NCBI GenBank assembly: GCA_035537775.1
Contig: DATLLQ010000259.1
Location: 5,937 to 69,936, forward strand
Direction: 5' to 3'
Length of the DNA: 64,000 bases
Source: Vicinamibacterales bacterium
Lineage (GTDB): Bacteria > Acidobacteriota > Vicinamibacteria > Vicinamibacterales > UBA2999
The position numbers and the translations under genes were made by a program. Below the pieces are notes generated by a model. That model saw only the letters and a list, made by a program, of their open reading frames with translations. It made no database searches and had not been told where the DNA came from. This document shows positions 16,737 through 25,153 of this stretch, piece by piece; position 1 is the stretch's first letter, and each line of letters opens with the position of its first letter.

Positions 16737-17399
16737 TCAGATGCCGGGTTGAGGGACGAAACGGAGATACGGCCTCGGCGCGCGCCATCCCTGAGGATAG
16801 GTCTTCTTCGCGTCCTCGTCCGAGACCGAACCGGCGATGATGACGTCCTCACCCGGCTCCCAGTTGGCTGGCGTCGCCACCTTGTAACTGGCAGTCAGCT
16901 GCAGCGAGTCGATCACCCGCAGCACCTCATGGAAGTTCCGGCCCGTCGTCATCGGGTAGGCGATCATCAGCTTGAGCCTCTTGTCGGGACCGATGACGAA
17001 GACTGTGCGGACAGTCTGGTTGTTCATCGCCGTGCGGCCTTCGGACGTGCCTTCCGTTGACGCCGGCAGCATGCCGTACAGCTTGGAGATCTCGAGGGTG
17101 GTGTCGCCGATCATCGGAAAGTTCGGCGCGTGCCCCTGCGACTCGAGGATGTCGTTCGACCAGCGTGCGTGCGCATCAACCGGGTCGACGCTCAGGCCGA
17201 TGATCTTCGTCTTACGTTTGTCGAACTCGGGCTTCAACCGCGCCATCGTGCCCAGCTCCGTGGTGCACACGGGCGTGAAGTCCTTGGGGTGCGAGAACAG
17301 CACGCCCCACGAGTCCCCGAGCCATTGATGCAGGGTGATCCGGCCCTCCGTGGTGTCCGCCGTGAAGTCGGGAACGATCTCGCCAAGCTGCAATGCCAT
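16737..17399 (-). CDS. 1-Cys peroxiredoxin (Prx6 type)
   Basis: MALQLGEIVPDFTADTT...WGVLFSHPKDFTPVCTTELG. GGAGGA RBS upstream. Confidence 0.92.
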   Translation of the reverse strand: MALQLGEIVPDFTADTTEGRITLHQWLGDSWGVLFSHPKDFTPVCTTELGTMARLKPEFDKRKTKIIGLSVDPVDAHARWSNDILESQGHAPNFPMIGDTTLEISKLYGMLPASTEGTSEGRTAMNNQTVRTVFVIGPDKRLKLMIAYPMTTGRNFHEVLRVIDSLQLTASYKVATPANWEPGEDVIIAGSVSDEDAKKTYPQGWRAPRPYLRFVPQPGI

Positions 17400-17411
17400 A
17401 GGTCCTCCGGG

Positions 17412-17466
17412 TCAGTCGTCAGTTGAGAGTTATCAGTTGGCAGCCGTCGGTTGCCAGCTGTCAGTT
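17412..17466. repeat. TCAGTY hexamer direct repeats in the prx / regulator divergent region
   Basis: TCAGTC at 17412 and TCAGTT at 17419, 17433 and 17461, giving offsets of 7, 14 and 28 nt. An imperfect hairpin GGCAGC-CGTCG-GTTGCC lies between the copies. Confidence 0.5.
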
Positions 17467-17539
17467 CTTCGGGCGTCCGGGGTGCCGGCGTCACTGCGGG
17501 CATAGTGCTACGCTTCGGACGGCCGTTCCATTGATGGGC

Positions 17540-17572
17540 GATGAGTTCGGGATGAGTTTTCGATGAGTAGCC
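17540..17572 (+). repeat. three tandem 11-nt direct repeats (GATGAGTW) overlapping the regulator start codon
   Basis: GATGAGTTCGG GATGAGTTTTC GATGAGTAGCC. The third copy contains ATG 17563. Confidence 0.6.
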
Positions 17573-19305
17573 GTCCGGTCCTGCGGTTTGCGGCGTTCGA
17601 ACTGCACCCGGCCACTGGGGAATTGCGGCAGGGGGGCGACGTCCTCAAGCTGGCGCCGCAACCGTTCAAGGTCCTCGAGCTTCTTGTCCGCCGCGGCGGC
17701 GAGGTCGTGACCCGCGCCGAGATTCGCGACCATGTGTGGAGCGGCGACACGTTCGTGGACTTCGATCAGGGGCTGAACTTCTGCATTCGCCAGATCCGCG
17801 AAGTGCTTGGCGATACGGCAGATGCGCCCCAATTCATCGAGACTCTTCCGCGGCGCGGCTACAGGTTCCTGAAGGCCGTGACGGACCCGGCACCAGCCGC
17901 CCCGGTTCGGGTGACACGGCTCATCGTGCTCCCGTTCCGCATGCTCCGGCCGGATGCCGAAACCGAGTTCCTCGCGTTCAGCCTGCCTGACGCGTTGACC
18001 AGCGCACTCAGTGGCCTTCAGTCGCTGGTCGTCCGATCGAGCATGACGGCGGCCCGATTCGCGGTGGATGCACTGCCGCCAAGCCAGATCGGGGCCGAGG
18101 CAGACGTGGACGCGATTGTGACCGGCACGCTGCTGCGGTCAGGCGCCGAGATTCGCGTCTCCACCCAGCTGACGGCAGCTGCGGACGGTGCCTTGCTCTG
18201 GTCGCAGACAGCCCAGATGCCCGTCGGCGATCTGTTTCGCGTGCAGGACGAAATGACGGGGCGGATCGTGTCTTCGCTATCGTTACCGCTGACCAACCGG
18301 GAGCAGCAGATGCTCCGGCGCGACGTTCCGTCGAACCCGGCGGCCTACGAGTACTTCCTGCGCGGCAATCAACTCAGCAACGATGCGACGCAGTGGAGCG
18401 TGGCGAGAGACCTGTACCTGCAAAGCGTCGAAGGAGACCCGGGCTACGCACCAGCCTGGGCGCGTCTCGGCCGGATCCATCACGTGATCGCCAAATACCG
18501 GCCCGGCGGGGCGCCGGAGAGTTTCGATCACGCGGAAACGGCGTTTCGACGAGCCCTCGATCTCAATCCCGATCTGGCGATCGCGCACAAGCTCTTCGCA
18601 CAGCTCGAAGTGGATCTCGGCCGGGCGCAGGACGCAATGACCCGGCTCATCGAGCGCGCACACACCGCAGACCCTGAACTGCTCGCCGGCCTGGTCAGCG
18701 CGTGCCGATATTGCGGCCTGCTCGACGCGTCGGAGGCTGCACATGCTCGCGCCCTCGAGCTCGAGCCAAAGATTCGCACCAGCGTGGGGCACACCTGGTT
18801 CCTGCAGGCGGACCACGCGCGCGTCGCGACGCTGAGGGTGTCCGACTACCCCTACATCGTTGCGATCTCGCTGGCCGAACTGGGCCGCGCGACAGAGATC
18901 CTGCCGGCGCTTCGCGAACTCGAGCAGAAGCTTCCAGGCCGGCTCCGCGACTTCCTCGTCGTCGCCCGCACGCTGCTCGAGGGCCACGCAGCCGAGAGCG
19001 TCGCCGCGGTTGAGCGGATCGTCAGCTCGGACTTCCGGGATCCGGAGGGACTGTTCTATCTATCGCGCCACCTGGCCCACTTGAACGAGCTCGATCCTGC
19101 GCTCGACCTCCTCGAACGCGTGGTCGCGAGCGGCTATTTCTGTTTTCCGACGATGGCGCGAGATCCGTGGCTCGACTCGCTGCGCAGGAAACCGGCCTTC
19201 AGCAGACTGCTTCGGCGAGCGGAGGCAAGGCACCAGGAGGCCGTGATGGCCTTCGAACGGCTTGGTGGCCCCGGAGTGTTCAGCAACGCGGCAGCGCTGG
19301 CGTGA
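17563..19305 (+). CDS. winged-helix (OmpR/CadC-type trans_reg_C) transcriptional regulator with TolB-like linker and TPR C-terminus
   Basis: FAAFELHPATGELRQGGDVLKLAPQPFKVLELLVRRGGEVVTRAEIRDHVW...LPRRGYRF. TPR-like C-terminal half. Confidence 0.8.
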   Translation: MSSRPVLRFAAFELHPATGELRQGGDVLKLAPQPFKVLELLVRRGGEVVTRAEIRDHVWSGDTFVDFDQGLNFCIRQIREVLGDTADAPQFIETLPRRGYRFLKAVTDPAPAAPVRVTRLIVLPFRMLRPDAETEFLAFSLPDALTSALSGLQSLVVRSSMTAARFAVDALPPSQIGAEADVDAIVTGTLLRSGAEIRVSTQLTAAADGALLWSQTAQMPVGDLFRVQDEMTGRIVSSLSLPLTNREQQMLRRDVPSNPAAYEYFLRGNQLSNDATQWSVARDLYLQSVEGDPGYAPAWARLGRIHHVIAKYRPGGAPESFDHAETAFRRALDLNPDLAIAHKLFAQLEVDLGRAQDAMTRLIERAHTADPELLAGLVSACRYCGLLDASEAAHARALELEPKIRTSVGHTWFLQADHARVATLRVSDYPYIVAISLAELGRATEILPALRELEQKLPGRLRDFLVVARTLLEGHAAESVAAVERIVSSDFRDPEGLFYLSRHLAHLNELDPALDLLERVVASGYFCFPTMARDPWLDSLRRKPAFSRLLRRAEARHQEAVMAFERLGGPGVFSNAAALA

Positions 19306-19352
19306 ATCCTGGCGTCCCTGAAGGGCGCCCCACCCACCACGGAGACACATAG

Positions 19353-19369
19353 ACTTTATGTTGTAAAGT
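19353..19369. promoter_or_regulatory. AT-rich palindrome ACTTTA-N5-TAAAGT upstream of the 19403 gene
   Basis: 6-bp arms followed by TTATTGG. Compare CAAAGTTATTTG at 41250. Confidence 0.3.
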
Positions 19370-19402
19370 TATTGGCGCCACCCTCGCGACGGAGACCTGT
19401 CC

Positions 19403-20752
19403 ATGACGAAAGCCACGATCGCGGCCGGAACGTTGATCACGGCGCTTGTCGTCATCGTCCTCGCCCTCGCCGTCCGCAACTTCGCCCCGGACCAGGGCGG
19501 CGAACGGGATGCGGCGGCCCAGACCCCAATCACACCATCGCCAGCGACGCCTGCCGCGCCGGAGACGTACCAAGGCTTCCTCTACGGCCGCGTCATCGAC
19601 GTTGACGGCGCGCGCTACGAAGGGCGGCTGCGCTGGGGTGGCGATCAGGAGGCGTTCTGGGGCGACCCCTTCAACGGTACCAAGGACGAGAACCCCTGGG
19701 CCGTCCACGTCGCGCAGCCCGAGGACCGTCGCGGGATCGAAATCTTTGGCTTCAGGCTTGGCGGCGAGGCTGACCGGAACAAACTTCGACGGCTGTTCAT
19801 GGCTCGTTTCGGCGACATCGCGCGAATCGAGGCGCACGTCAGGGACGTGCAGGTGACTCTCAAGAGCGGGAACGTGGTCAAGCTCGATCGCTTCGCCTCC
19901 GGGGACATCGACGACGGTGTGCGCGTGTGGGACGGCCAGCGCGGAGTCCTCGATCTCGATTCCCGGCGAGTTCGAACCATCGAGTTCCTCTCCACCGCAC
20001 CACTCGCCGCCATTCCGGCCCGCCTGCACGGCACGGTGCGCACGCAGCAGGGGGAGTTCACCGGCTTCATTCAGTGGGATCAGGAGGACTCGGTAGGCAC
20101 CGACACGCTTGACGGCCGTACGGCAGACGGTGAGCAGCGTCTGCGTTACGACACGATCCGCTCGATCGCACGCAACTCACGTGACAGCGCCCGGGTGACA
20201 CTGCTCGACGGGCACGAGCTCGCGATGTCCAAGAACCGCGACGTCAGCAGCGGCAACCGCGGCATCAACGTCGAGGACCCACGTTATGGCCGGGTGCAGA
20301 TCTCCTGGGACGCCTTCGAGCGGGTGGACTTCAGTCCCGGCGGCAGCGGCCCTGCGTTCAGCGATTTCCCGCCAGGTCGCGCGTTGACGGGCACGGTGAG
20401 GTTGCGCGACGGCCGCGGCCTTGCCGGCCGGCTCGTTTACGACTTCGACGAAAGCGAGACGACCGAGACACTCGACGCCGCAGTACCCGGGGTGGACTAC
20501 AACATTCCCTTCAGCCTGATTGCCTCGATCCAGGTCCACGGCCGCGAAGGGCGCACAGGCGGGCGCGCCACCGTGGTTCTGCACGACGGCAAAGAGTTGC
20601 AGCTCGAACGCACCGGCGACCTCGCCGAGGGAAACGCCGGCCTCCTGATCTTCGTCGATGGGCGCGAACGTCCCGAGTTCGTGACGTGGGCCGACGTCGA
20701 GCGGCTAGACCTGAAACGCCCACCAGATGAGCAGATCCTGTTGACGCGATGA
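19403..20752 (+). CDS. hypothetical membrane-anchored protein with three internal repeats
   Basis: N-terminal TM (IAAGTLITALVVIVLALAV). GGAGA RBS. Repeated G-x-V...[WY]D-acidic units. No family recognised. Confidence 0.55.
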   Translation: MTKATIAAGTLITALVVIVLALAVRNFAPDQGGERDAAAQTPITPSPATPAAPETYQGFLYGRVIDVDGARYEGRLRWGGDQEAFWGDPFNGTKDENPWAVHVAQPEDRRGIEIFGFRLGGEADRNKLRRLFMARFGDIARIEAHVRDVQVTLKSGNVVKLDRFASGDIDDGVRVWDGQRGVLDLDSRRVRTIEFLSTAPLAAIPARLHGTVRTQQGEFTGFIQWDQEDSVGTDTLDGRTADGEQRLRYDTIRSIARNSRDSARVTLLDGHELAMSKNRDVSSGNRGINVEDPRYGRVQISWDAFERVDFSPGGSGPAFSDFPPGRALTGTVRLRDGRGLAGRLVYDFDESETTETLDAAVPGVDYNIPFSLIASIQVHGREGRTGGRATVVLHDGKELQLERTGDLAEGNAGLLIFVDGRERPEFVTWADVERLDLKRPPDEQILLTR

Positions 20753-20760
20753 TTCATTGA

Positions 20761-21981
20761 TCAGGGCAGGCCGGCCACTCCGTTGGTGGTTCCACCAGCG
20801 TTGATGAACGCCTCGATCACCGGGCGATAGCTCGTAAAGCGTTGCACATCGGCGGCGGTGCGAGCGGTCGCAGGCCCAGTCGCCAGAATCCGCTCGACCT
20901 GCGCGAGACGCTGGAGCAGAACCACCTTGTCCCAGACCGGCTCGCGACCGACCCGCGACACCTCCGCCTCGAATGTCTTCGCCAGTTCCGGGATCGATTG
21001 CACGCGCCGCGCCAGCGCCGCGCGTGGCGGCTGAAACGGACTCCGCAGTTTGGTGATCCGTGCGATGGCCCAGAAGGACGAGTCCGCACCGTAGGGGATC
21101 ATGATCAACCGCCCGTCTCTCGGGTGCGCGTAGAGATATGCGTTGTTGACGTTGAACGAGAATCCGTCGTAGTTGCTCGTCGCGGCCTCCGCCGCATAGA
21201 AGGTGATGTAGCGGTCCAAATCGAGGTACTTCGAAACGGCGGCGGCGAACCCCTCGTCCGGTGCGCGCTGCACGGCCTCGGCCGCTCCACGCAGCTCGTT
21301 TCGAGTCCGCTGCTGTTCGACCTCGTCCTTCAGCGCGACCCTGTCCGGCGACATCATCGGGTCTGGCCCGTAGCTCAGCTCGTACAGATTCCCACCGGAG
21401 AACGGACGTCCGAAGTTCCTTGTCAGGAAATCCCTGTTGATTGGTTCACGGATGACGTAGATGCCGCTGTCGACGCCGTTGATCGTGACGTGGGCGTGCG
21501 CCGTGAGCGGTGCCGCGATGCCTGCGCGGCGGTAGACCTCATACGTCAGATGCTCCCCGACGAGACCGGTGTCCTGACGTCCGTCCTTGAGGATGATCTT
21601 TTCCAGGCCATGCAGCTCCTGACCCTCGATGAAGTCGTCGAACTTCACGCTGAGCGTCGGCTTCTGATCGATCGGCACGAAGGCATTGAACGTTCCGCCC
21701 GCCTGCCGGATGCCGACGTCCTTCAGGACGACCCCATCGAACGAAAACGTGCACCGCACACGTTCCGATTGCCGATTCAGGATCGTTCGTGCGTCGTCCG
21801 GGGCGATGACGATGTCGATGCGGTGGAGAACGGTGGTGTCATAGACGCGCGCCACCGCCACAGTGAGCCGCTCCTGCCGGCGATCGGCGGGCTGCATCGA
21901 CGCCGCGCCGGAGCCCACGGCTCCAGGCAGGCACGAAACGAGAAGTACCGCTGCAACGCCAATCCGGCGAGCTGGGCGCAT
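20761..21981 (-). CDS. CotH-family protein (atypical kinase fold), secreted
   Basis: Re-started at ATG 21981 with a signal peptide. CotH-like pattern ...KFDDFIEGQELHGLEKIILKDGRQD...VTINGVDSGIYVIREPINRDFL...NNAYLYAHPRDGRLIMIPYGADSSF. Confidence 0.65.
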   Translation of the reverse strand: MRPARRIGVAAVLLVSCLPGAVGSGAASMQPADRRQERLTVAVARVYDTTVLHRIDIVIAPDDARTILNRQSERVRCTFSFDGVVLKDVGIRQAGGTFNAFVPIDQKPTLSVKFDDFIEGQELHGLEKIILKDGRQDTGLVGEHLTYEVYRRAGIAAPLTAHAHVTINGVDSGIYVIREPINRDFLTRNFGRPFSGGNLYELSYGPDPMMSPDRVALKDEVEQQRTRNELRGAAEAVQRAPDEGFAAAVSKYLDLDRYITFYAAEAATSNYDGFSFNVNNAYLYAHPRDGRLIMIPYGADSSFWAIARITKLRSPFQPPRAALARRVQSIPELAKTFEAEVSRVGREPVWDKVVLLQRLAQVERILATGPATARTAADVQRFTSYRPVIEAFINAGGTTNGVAGLP

Positions 21982-21989
21982 GGTGCAGG

Positions 21990-22685
21990 CTACTCCGCCA
22001 GGAGTCTGAGATCTCCGATGGCGTGATGCACCTGCAGATCGACCGTCACAGGCGACGTGTCCGCGCGCGGATTGATCCAACGCCCGTCGCGTTTTTCGAG
22101 CCCGCTGACGTTGGTGTCACCGATGATGCCCGACGTCCTCGCGGAAATGCCGACCGTGGCAGGCAGGTGAATAGTCGTGTCGCCCGCGCCGGCCTTGACC
22201 GTGATGCTGTAGCTCTTCGCGGGCATTCCGCGCAGATCCACCACCTGGTCGCCGGCGCCCAGGTTGACCTCCACCTTCTCGAGGTTCAAGCGGCCGAGTA
22301 CCAGATTCGCGTCGCCAGCGCCCAGATTGATGTGGAGGTCGACGGGCGTCGTCTCATCGAGGCTCAGGCGCCAGGCGTTCTCATAGTTGCCTGATGCTGA
22401 ACTCTGCGAGACCTTCAGCGTGCCCATCGTGCCGTTCACGGAATAGTCGACGGCAGGCTTCAGCTCAGGGACATTGAAGTCGAAGTCGCCCGCGAACAAT
22501 GACTTCGCACCGGACTCCACCGACAGCTCTCCGGCGGTCATGTTGATCTCGACACGCGCCGCCGTTGCCGCGCCGCGCTCGACGCTGCGGTGCTCGTGAA
22601 CGACAGGTCCGCCGGAGCCGCCGCTTCCGATGACGCAGGCCGTTGCCGACAGTGCCGCGGCGGCTGCCACCGCGACCGCTCTCAT
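21990..22685 (-). CDS. toastrack/DUF4097-like putative lipoprotein
   Basis: Start ATG 22685 overlaps the upstream stop (ATGA). Signal MRAVAVAAAAALSATAC. Repetitive beta-strand units (INLGAGDANLVL, VNLGAGDQVVDL, VKAGAGDTTIHL). Confidence 0.6.
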   Translation of the reverse strand: MRAVAVAAAAALSATACVIGSGGSGGPVVHEHRSVERGAATAARVEINMTAGELSVESGAKSLFAGDFDFNVPELKPAVDYSVNGTMGTLKVSQSSASGNYENAWRLSLDETTPVDLHINLGAGDANLVLGRLNLEKVEVNLGAGDQVVDLRGMPAKSYSITVKAGAGDTTIHLPATVGISARTSGIIGDTNVSGLEKRDGRWINPRADTSPVTVDLQVHHAIGDLRLLAE

Positions 22686-23245
22686 CAGTCCATTCCGGTG
22701 CTGTGACATGGTCCGGCCTCCCAATCGCTCTTCCGGATTTCGAACACCACGGACTCTACGGACCTCCCGTGGAGCACGGTGGCGACACGCCGGGAGGTGA
22801 GCACGCCGCCAATCTTGAGCATCGCCCGTCGAGAGCGGACGTTGTCCGCGCCAACCACAAAGATGACCCGATCAACGGCCCTGAATGCGTGCTCCAGCAT
22901 GAGCCGTTTCATCTCCAGGTTGTAACGGCCGCCCCAGAGCGTTCTCGCCAGGAACGTCCAGCCGATCTCGAGCTCGTCACCATTCGGGCCGTTCCAGAAA
23001 TACCGTGACGCACCGACGATTCGGGTCGTCGACCGGTCGATTGCCACGAGGCCGCCGCCCGACTCGAGCCCTTCGCGAAAGTACTCGCGAAAGACCTGTT
23101 CCTGATAACGATCGAACGCCGGGTGCTGTTCCCAGATCAGCGGATCTGAGGCGACGGCAAACAGCTCGTCCCAGTCGCCGGCACGCATGGGGCGAAGCTC
23201 CAGCAGGTCTCCGTAGAGATGCGGTTGCCGGTCCAGCAACAGCAT
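22685..23245 (-). CDS. GNAT family N-acetyltransferase
   Basis: Re-started at ATG 23245. ELEIGWTFLARTLWGGRYNLEMKRLMLEHAF...NVRSRRAMLKIGG is typical of the RimJ/RimL-like GNAT fold. Confidence 0.75.
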   Translation of the reverse strand: MLLLDRQPHLYGDLLELRPMRAGDWDELFAVASDPLIWEQHPAFDRYQEQVFREYFREGLESGGGLVAIDRSTTRIVGASRYFWNGPNGDELEIGWTFLARTLWGGRYNLEMKRLMLEHAFRAVDRVIFVVGADNVRSRRAMLKIGGVLTSRRVATVLHGRSVESVVFEIRKSDWEAGPCHSTGMD

Positions 23246-23249
23246 GCCG

Positions 23250-24128
23250 TCACAGCCATCCCGCGGCCAGCTGCTTGAAATGTGCAGTGATCGCGTTGCG
23301 CATGAACATCGCGACGGTGACCGGACCGACGCCACCTGGCACCGGTGTCACCCAGCTGGCCACCTCCTTCACCGCGTCGGTGTCCACGTCGCCAACGATG
23401 CGGACCTCACCATTGGGTTCAGTGATCTGATTGATCCCGATGTCGATCACGGCCGCGCCGGGCTTGACCATGTCGTCGCGCAGGAACTTCGGCTTTCCCA
23501 CGGCAACCAGCACGGCGTCCGCGCGCCTCGAATGCGCCGCGACCGAACGTGTCAGGTGGTGACACACAGTGACCGTCGCGCCTTCGGCCATGAGCATGAA
23601 CGCCGCGGGCTTGCCGACGATTTCAGAATGGCCGACCATCACCACCTCCAGCCCGTGCAGTCCGAGACCCGTCGCCTTAATCAATTCGACCGATGCGGCA
23701 GCCGTGCAGGGCGCGAGGGCCAGATCGTTGTAGACGATGTTGCCGATGGAGGCGGGGTTCATGCCCTCGACGTCCTTCAGCGGATGGATGGCCGACGCCA
23801 GTGACCGTCCGTTGATATGCGGTGGCACCGGCCGCTGCAGGATGACGCCGAGAACGTCGCGATCGTCGTTCATCGCGAGGAGGCGCGCCTTGCATTCCTC
23901 CTGACTGAGCTCGCGCGGCCAGGTCTGCTCCTCGAATCGCAGGCCGACCTTCGTCGCCGCGCTGGCCTGGCTGCGCGTATAGACAGAGGCCGCCTTCTGC
24001 GGTCCAACGCTGACGGACACGAGCCGTCCGATCTGATGGGTCGCGGAGGCCTGGCGCACACGGTCCGCCACTTCCTGGAGAATCCGATCGCGGACGGGCC
24101 GGCCGTCCAGTAGCCGATTGTCTTTCAT
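23250..24128 (-). CDS. folD: bifunctional methylenetetrahydrofolate dehydrogenase/cyclohydrolase
   Basis: Re-started at ATG 24128 (ATGA overlap with the rluB-like stop). LDGRPVRDRIL..., VVMVGHSEIVGKPAAFML, TPVPGGVGPVTVAM. Confidence 0.92.
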   Translation of the reverse strand: MKDNRLLDGRPVRDRILQEVADRVRQASATHQIGRLVSVSVGPQKAASVYTRSQASAATKVGLRFEEQTWPRELSQEECKARLLAMNDDRDVLGVILQRPVPPHINGRSLASAIHPLKDVEGMNPASIGNIVYNDLALAPCTAAASVELIKATGLGLHGLEVVMVGHSEIVGKPAAFMLMAEGATVTVCHHLTRSVAAHSRRADAVLVAVGKPKFLRDDMVKPGAAVIDIGINQITEPNGEVRIVGDVDTDAVKEVASWVTPVPGGVGPVTVAMFMRNAITAHFKQLAAGWL

Positions 24129-24892
24129 CGCTGGGTCGTCACCACTCGCCTGAAAACATCGAGTGTACCGGAAGAAGATGCCAGCGTCCGAACTTCGGAA
24201 TCGGTGAGCATCCGCCACTTCCCGATCTGCAGTCCGCCGATGGCGATCGGGCCGATCTTCACGCGAACGAGCTTGAGCACCGTCGCGTCCAGCGCCTCGA
24301 TCATGCGGCGCACCTGACGGTTTCGACCCTCGGTGAGCGTGATCTCGAGGTGCGTGTATTTCTCGGAGTCCCGCACGCGGCGGACACGGGCCGGCCGCGT
24401 CGCACCGTCAGCCAGCATGACTCCGTCGCGAAGCTGCTTCAGCTGCGCGTCGGTCAACACCTTCGACGCCTTGACCAGGTAAGTCTTCGGAACATGCGAC
24501 GCGGGATTCGTCACGCGCTCAGCCAGCTGATTGTCGTTAGTCATCAGCAGGAGCCCGGACGTGTCGAGATCCAGACGCCCGACCGGTGACACGAACGTCC
24601 CCACGTCGGCAATCAGGTCATACACGGTTGGCCGCCCCTGAGGATCGCGGTACGTCGTGAGATAGCCCGTCGGCTTGTAGAGCAGCACATAGGTCCTCTG
24701 ACGCGCCTCCAGCGGCTTGCCGTCAAGACGCACGCGGTCCCGCTTCATGTCGACCCAGTGATCGGGGTCGCGTACGACCTGTCCATTGACCTTGACCCGG
24801 CCGTCGCGAATCCGGGCGCGCGCGTCAACACGCGAGCCGACTCCCGCCTTCGACAACACGCGGTCCAGCGTCTTGAGCGGTCGTTTCTCCAT
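24125..24892 (-). CDS. pseudouridine synthase, RsuA/RluB family
   Basis: Re-started at ATG 24892. S4 domain (LDRVLSKAGVGSRVDARARIRDGRVKVNG). Catalytic motif GRLDLDTSGLLLMTND. Confidence 0.88.
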   Translation of the reverse strand: MEKRPLKTLDRVLSKAGVGSRVDARARIRDGRVKVNGQVVRDPDHWVDMKRDRVRLDGKPLEARQRTYVLLYKPTGYLTTYRDPQGRPTVYDLIADVGTFVSPVGRLDLDTSGLLLMTNDNQLAERVTNPASHVPKTYLVKASKVLTDAQLKQLRDGVMLADGATRPARVRRVRDSEKYTHLEITLTEGRNRQVRRMIEALDATVLKLVRVKIGPIAIGGLQIGKWRMLTDSEVRTLASSSGTLDVFRRVVTTQR

Positions 24893-25084
24893 ACCGGACG
24901 CGCTAACGACGCCGGGGACGCCGATGCGGGTCCGGGAGCGCGACGCCGTACATAAAGTAGAGGTTGGCGCCGCGCGCCTGCCGGACCAGCCTGGCAATCC
25001 CCGGCTCGAACCGGTCGATGAAGGTGGCCAGCAGCCTGGCCGGGGTATCCGCGGCGGTGGTGTCGCTTCGTTTCATGCAAACTG

Positions 25085-25102
25085 GTCCGCCTGGAGGCGG
25101 AC
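25085..25102 (+). repeat. REP-like hairpin copy (GTCCGCC-TGGA-GGCGGAC)
   Basis: 7-bp stem plus tetraloop. Same stem as the copies at 26773, 62392 and 62915. Intergenic. Confidence 0.6.
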
Positions 25103-25147
25103 GCGGCGTCCGTGCGTCGGCCCCTACAATACCCCCTCGGTCCGCAT

Positions 25148-25153
25148 TACAAT
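25148..25153 (+). promoter_or_regulatory. -10-like TACAAT, 7 nt upstream of ATG 25161 (leaderless candidate)
   Basis: TACAAT-cccgcgc-ATG with no SD. A second TACAAT lies at 25125-25130. Confidence 0.4.
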
